A stretch of 41,793 nt of DNA from a bacterium (GTDB taxonomy: Archaea > Thermoplasmatota > E2 > JACPAO01 > JAHFTW01): contig JAZJZE010000008.1 of the NCBI GenBank assembly GCA_040390065.1, forward strand, positions 1 through 41,793, in the 5' to 3' direction. A program made the translations under genes and the position numbers. How positions within the stretch are numbered: position 1 is the first letter of the stretch; every line of letters begins with the position of its first letter. Under the pieces are notes generated by a model. That model did no database searches. It was not told the origin of the DNA and saw nothing but the letters and a program-made list of their open reading frames with translations. Below are positions 37,640 to 41,793 of this stretch, in pieces.

Positions 37640-37886
37640 TCTCGACGCGACGGCCGCGCTTCGCTTGGCCATCGCGTCGTGGGCGGCCTTCGGCCACCCG
37701 TAGGAAGCCGGCCGGCGCTGCGCCTCGGCCGGTTCCTGCATGCCCACGACCCCTCGGTCGGTTGCAATCTGCAAACGTCGTCGGGGTAGAGGCGGGCTGC
37801 GAAGCGCGCCCGAACCTGCGTGTCCTCGAAGGGGGCCCCCGACGAAACGGGTTCGAGGCCGCAGGCCGAGAATCCCGTTTCGTCGT
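37640..37886. repeat. Cluster of nested GC-rich hairpins with TTC/GAA/GCA loops
   Basis: GGCCTTCGGCC, GCGCTTCGC, GCGAAGCGC, GGCCGCAGGCC, CGACGAAACGGG/CCCGTTTCGTCG. Confidence 0.6.
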
Positions 37887-38186
37887 TCACCAGCGATTCT
37901 TCTTCGCGATTTCGTAGTTGCGAATCACACTGAGGGTGCCGCGCTTGCTGATGCCCTGCACTTGCTTGACCTCGTCCGCGGTCAGTTCCACGTCCTCGAA
38001 CTTGAGGACGTCCTTGAGGCCACCCTTGGGCTCGCGGGAACTTGGCAGGTTCATCGCGACGGAGACGACCTTCCCCGATTTCTCGATCGGGTAGCCCAGG
38101 GCCTTGAGGATGTCGAGGGCGCGGCCGGGTTCGATGTGGTCGAGGACGGTGCCGTTGCGGATCGGGACGATCTTGAATTCCATCAT
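37887..38186 (-). CDS. pyrI: Aspartate carbamoyltransferase regulatory chain, allosteric domain only
   Basis: I.NGTVLDHI..G.AL, MNLPS, KD.LK.E, IRNYE..KK, then stop; no Cys. Confidence 0.85.
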   Translation of the reverse strand: MMEFKIVPIRNGTVLDHIEPGRALDILKALGYPIEKSGKVVSVAMNLPSSREPKGGLKDVLKFEDVELTADEVKQVQGISKRGTLSVIRNYEIAKKNRW

Positions 38187-39085
38187 GCGGGATTGGCTCC
38201 GAGTTTTCCTGACAGGAGGGATGCAAGGACGGCCATGCGGACCGGAACTCCATTGCGGGCCTGGTCAAAATACTTGGCCGCTGGGGTGGCGTCGACAGAT
38301 TCGTCGACCTCGCCGACGCGGGGCAGCGGGTGCATGACGATGGCCTTCGACTGCGTGCGCCGCAGGAGGTCGGCATCGACGCGCAAGTGCAGCTTGACGC
38401 GTTCGTACTCGGCGGCGTCGGCAAAGCGCTCCTTCTGCACACGCGTCACGTACAGCACGTCGGCGTCGGCGGCGGCCGAGTCGAGGTCCGCCGTCTCCAC
38501 ACCCTTTGCCAATTCGGCGGGCAGCTCAAGCCCGGGGGCCGCGACCGCGACCGGTTTGGCTCCGAAACGCTTCAGGGCCGGCAGGAGGCTGTGCACGGTG
38601 CGGCCGTACTTGAGGTCGCCAACCAGGGCGACCTTGAGGCCCTTGAGGCCGCCGCGCTCCTTCTGGATGGTGTACAAGTCGACCAGCGTCTGGGTCGGAT
38701 GCTCCCCGGGTCCGTCGCCTGCGTTGACCATGGGGACGGACGACACCTTCGCGGCCCGCAAGGCGGCGCCCTCCTTCGGGTGGCGCATCACGATGAGGTC
38801 GGCGTAGCCCGCCAACATCCGGACCGTGTCCTCCAGCGTCTCGCCCTTGCTGGAGCTGGTGGTCGCTGGGTCGGAGAAACCGATGACGCGGGCGCCCAGA
38901 CGCTGCGCGGCGGCCTCGAAACTGAGGCGCGTCCGCGTCGAGGGCTCGAAGAAGGCGGTGCAGACGATGCGACCGTCCAGGTCGTCCTTGTGGCCGGCCC
39001 GGTTCTTGGCCATGACGTCGGCCAGGTCGAGAAGGACACGCACGGCGTCGTCGGTGAGGTCGTGGATGCTGACCAGGTGCTTCAT
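38183..39085 (-). CDS. pyrB: Aspartate carbamoyltransferase catalytic chain
   Basis: FFEPSTRTR, KGETL.DT, HPTQ, GDLKYGRTVHS, RVQKER, MHPLPR. Confidence 0.97.
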   Translation of the reverse strand: MKHLVSIHDLTDDAVRVLLDLADVMAKNRAGHKDDLDGRIVCTAFFEPSTRTRLSFEAAAQRLGARVIGFSDPATTSSSKGETLEDTVRMLAGYADLIVMRHPKEGAALRAAKVSSVPMVNAGDGPGEHPTQTLVDLYTIQKERGGLKGLKVALVGDLKYGRTVHSLLPALKRFGAKPVAVAAPGLELPAELAKGVETADLDSAAADADVLYVTRVQKERFADAAEYERVKLHLRVDADLLRRTQSKAIVMHPLPRVGEVDESVDATPAAKYFDQARNGVPVRMAVLASLLSGKLGANPA

Positions 39086-40368
39086 GGCATGTCTCCCGGC
39101 TGGGTCGCTTCGGCGGGCGGCTGGTCGGGCGCCCCGGTGAAGGTCCCGGCAAGCCGGCGCAGCCAGAGGGGCGTGATGAAGGTGGTGATGAGCACGACGA
39201 GGAGGATCGTGGCGTACTGCCACGGCAGAAGCAGACCAGACGACAGCCCGATGGCGGCAAAGATGAGGCCGACCTCGCCGCGCGGCACCATGCCGACGCC
39301 GACGACGAGGCGGTCGGCTTGCGCGCGCACGACGGCCCAGCCGGAGGCGACCTTGGCCGCGACGGCGAGGGCCGCCAGCACGAGGCCGATGCACAATGCT
39401 GCGACTTCATGCCCGCGCAGGCCTGCGAGGTCGACCTGCATGCCCAGGGTGACGAAGAAGAAGCCCACGAAGACGGCGGCCAGCGGCTGCATGTCCGCAC
39501 TGAGAAGGCGGCCCTGGCGCGTCCGGGCCAGCAGCAGGCCGGCGGCGAAGGCGCCCACGATGGGGTGCAGCCCCGCTTGCTCGGCGAGCCACGCCATGAG
39601 GAGGGCGAAGGCCAGGCCAAGCGTCACCGAGAGGCCCTTGACGCGGCCGCGGCCGACGAGAAGGTCGAACGTCGGGGGGACCACCAGAAGCCCGACGAGG
39701 AGTGCGGCGACGAGGAAACCGACGGCGGTGCCTGCGACCTGGGCGAGATGCGCGAGGTCGACAGCCGTCCCGGCGGAGGCCGCGGCAACGGACGAGGTGA
39801 CCACGGCCAGGACCAGGAGGCCGCCGATGTCGTCGAGAACCGCCGCGCCGAGGATGACGCGGGCTTCGGGGGAGCGCAGCCGCCGCATGTCGGAGAGGAC
39901 GCGCGCAGTGATGCCGACACTGGTCGCCGTCAGCGTTGCCCCCACGAAGACGTGCAGGAGGTTGGGCGGAAGCGATTGCGACGCCACGGACCACTCAGGC
40001 CAGATGCGAGCGAGGGCCGCGCTGCCCGCGAAGCCGGCGGCAAAGGACGTCGTCATGCCGGCAAGGGCCACGAGGCTGCTCGAGGCCGCAACCTTGCGCA
40101 GTCCGGCAAGTTCGGATTCGAGGCCGACGCCGAAGAGCAGAAGGATGGCTCCCAAGAGGGCGAGGAAGGCGATGATCTGCCCCTCGGTCGTTACCGGGCC
40201 GCCCATGTCGGGCAACCGGAGGCGGTTCCCAAGCAGCGTTGGTGCAAGCAGGATTCCGACCAGAAGTTCGCCGAGGACCGGCGGCTGCCGCAGGCGCTCG
40301 GCCAATTCGCCGCCGAGTTTGGCCGCGACGAGGATGACCACGACGTCGAAGAGGACGGAGGCATCCAT
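39082..40368 (-). CDS. Cation:proton antiporter (CPA2, NapA-like)
   Basis: ATSVGIT, AVLDD, GAFAAG, K, PRGEV. Confidence 0.92.
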   Translation of the reverse strand: MDASVLFDVVVILVAAKLGGELAERLRQPPVLGELLVGILLAPTLLGNRLRLPDMGGPVTTEGQIIAFLALLGAILLLFGVGLESELAGLRKVAASSSLVALAGMTTSFAAGFAGSAALARIWPEWSVASQSLPPNLLHVFVGATLTATSVGITARVLSDMRRLRSPEARVILGAAVLDDIGGLLVLAVVTSSVAAASAGTAVDLAHLAQVAGTAVGFLVAALLVGLLVVPPTFDLLVGRGRVKGLSVTLGLAFALLMAWLAEQAGLHPIVGAFAAGLLLARTRQGRLLSADMQPLAAVFVGFFFVTLGMQVDLAGLRGHEVAALCIGLVLAALAVAAKVASGWAVVRAQADRLVVGVGMVPRGEVGLIFAAIGLSSGLLLPWQYATILLVVLITTFITPLWLRRLAGTFTGAPDQPPAEATQPGDMP

Positions 40369-40482
40369 GCCAGGAGCACCAAGGGCCGGGCGTTGATACG
40401 GTTGCCGAGGCGGACCGGACTGCGGGGCGGGCGCGGCGGAGCGCTTATCTCACGCGTTCATGTCGATTCGCCCGCGTCCCCC

Positions 40483-40555
40483 GGGTCCGTGGTCTAGGGG
40501 TCATGACGGCGCTCTTACAAAGCGCAGGTCGCTGGTTCAAATCCGGCCGGACCCA
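40483..40555 (+). tRNA. tRNA-Val(TAC)
   Basis: GGGTCCG/CGGACCC acceptor stem, GCGCT-CT-TAC-AA-AGCGC anticodon arm, GGTTCAAATCC T arm. Confidence 0.95.
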
Positions 40556-40780
40556 TCGCAACGACAGTCCGCCGACGTCCGCCGGCGCCGCGGCGTCGTC
40601 CACCATCCTTGACTCCATTGGGCTTATATCGGGGCGCCTTGTCGCCGCAAAACAGCGACTTGGTGCAGTTCCAGGTGTCCAGGACCTGGCTGGTTGGGCT
40701 CGATGCCCCTGCCCCGAAGAGTGATCCCAGCCCCGTAATCACTCTTTGGTTTTGAATCAAAATATTGGGTGGGGGAGGTT

Positions 40781-40812
40781 CGGAACTGGGCTTCGGGGGG
40801 TTCCGCTTTTTT
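40781..40812 (+). terminator. Hairpin followed by a T tract
   Basis: CGGAAC...GTTCCG followed by CTTTTTT. Confidence 0.35.
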
Positions 40813-41037
40813 CATACGGACTCGTACGTACGGACGATAGGAGACCCCCCGTAAAGGGGGGTCTACGAACGGACGATACGGTAGAGGCCAGTATGAGAAA
40901 GGATGTGGAAACACGCGCCGAGGCGCGGGTTTCCTGAACATCCACAAAGACAAGAAGAGTAGTTGAATAAACCGAAGCGCCCCTGGCCGAGCCAATCGCG
41001 CCGTCAATGCGCCTGGCGGCGCGGTCCGGGTAGACTC

Positions 41038-41670
41038 ATGAGCCCGGGTTTCGTGGCGGGGCGTGTGTGGGACGACCCGATGGTTTGGCTCACGGCAGGC
41101 CTCGTCGCCGCGACCGTAGGCCTGGTTGCTGCGACCATCGGGTTGGTTCTATTCACGAAGCGGTTGGCCCAGGCAACGAGTCGCCTGGCATCCAGCAGCG
41201 AACGCCTGGAAACCCTGCAAGCCGACCACTACCGGCAAGCCGGACCCGTCCTCAAAGTCACCCAAGTGCTCTTTGAACGCTGGGAGCAGAAAGGCAAACC
41301 GAACCGCCCCTACTGGCGGGCCCACATTCGTTTCTGGGTCGCCAACGTCGGCCGCCTTCCCACAACGTGGGGCGACGCCCGCGTGGAATGGATGGATCCC
41401 GACGGGCGCCACACCTTGGACCTCCTCGACTTCGCCCAGGAGGTCGAGTCCATGGCCCTGCCGCCGGACGGCAGCACCCCCGGCCTAGACGCATCCTTCG
41501 ACGTCTCCAACGATGGCATCGAGGGACCGCCAACCTCGGGCACGTACACGCTCGTAGTGTCCAGCCGGGGCGACCGCGAAGTCCGCTGCAACTTCGACCT
41601 TCCGCCCCCGTCCTTGGACAACAAGGCAGCGGGTCGTCGCATTGTCGGCCCGCAACGAAACGCGGCATGA
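41038..41670 (+). CDS. Hypothetical protein with an N-terminal TM anchor
   Basis: One TM segment, a short coiled stretch, then a beta-rich domain containing NVGR.P; start 41038 or 41080. Confidence 0.65.
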   Translation: MSPGFVAGRVWDDPMVWLTAGLVAATVGLVAATIGLVLFTKRLAQATSRLASSSERLETLQADHYRQAGPVLKVTQVLFERWEQKGKPNRPYWRAHIRFWVANVGRLPTTWGDARVEWMDPDGRHTLDLLDFAQEVESMALPPDGSTPGLDASFDVSNDGIEGPPTSGTYTLVVSSRGDREVRCNFDLPPPSLDNKAAGRRIVGPQRNAA

Positions 41671-41716
41671 AGGCTTGGCGCCAGGGAAGAAGAGGAAAAG
41701 GAAGAACCAGCCGGGA

Positions 41717-41793
41717 CTAGACGGGGATCCCCTGCGATTTCAACAGCCATTCCAGGGCGACGTCAAATTCCGCGACGGCGTCGTCGTGGATGA
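41717..41793 (-). CDS. 3' end of a gene running off the window
   Basis: ...IHDDAVAEFDVALEWLLKSQGIPV*. Confidence 0.45.
   Translation of the reverse strand, partial: IHDDAVAEFDVALEWLLKSQGIPV

Noticed and set aside
37507-37886. Frameshifted continuation of pyrI
   Set aside because: No downstream frame encodes the Zn-domain Cys pattern.
40624-41007. 127-aa minus-strand ORF after tRNA-Val
   Set aside because: Atypical composition and it overlaps hairpin and repeat motifs; not supportable as a CDS.

Overview
This is a high-GC archaeal chromosomal window, probably Thermoplasmatota (inferred from TFE, Trm56, CTP-dependent RibK, aIF2-beta with a TRAM domain, Cbf5, MCM, NMD3, DUF424 and a DUF6015-like gene). 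It is mostly core genome: 3 tRNAs (Thr partial, Ser, Val), a small glycan locus, a tfe/trm56/ribK/mutS5 cluster, purF, nfo, plsC, cbf5, mcm, a complete lysWXYZJK operon, an XPD helicase, pyrBI and a CPA2 antiporter. The unexplained structure is mainly intergenic: a modular family of palindromic repeats (arms with 9-nt periodicity, GC clamps, GAA/UUCG mini-hairpins) fills most long spacers, and no transposase is in view. Other notable items: an Hjc-like nuclease gene overlapping mutS5; a 35-codon ORF coupled at both ends between lysX and lysY; a PyrI lacking its Zn domain; two lower-GC ORFans after mcm; a candidate sRNA after xpd; and a probable island edge after tRNA-Val. All calls come from reading motifs by eye; no searches were run.
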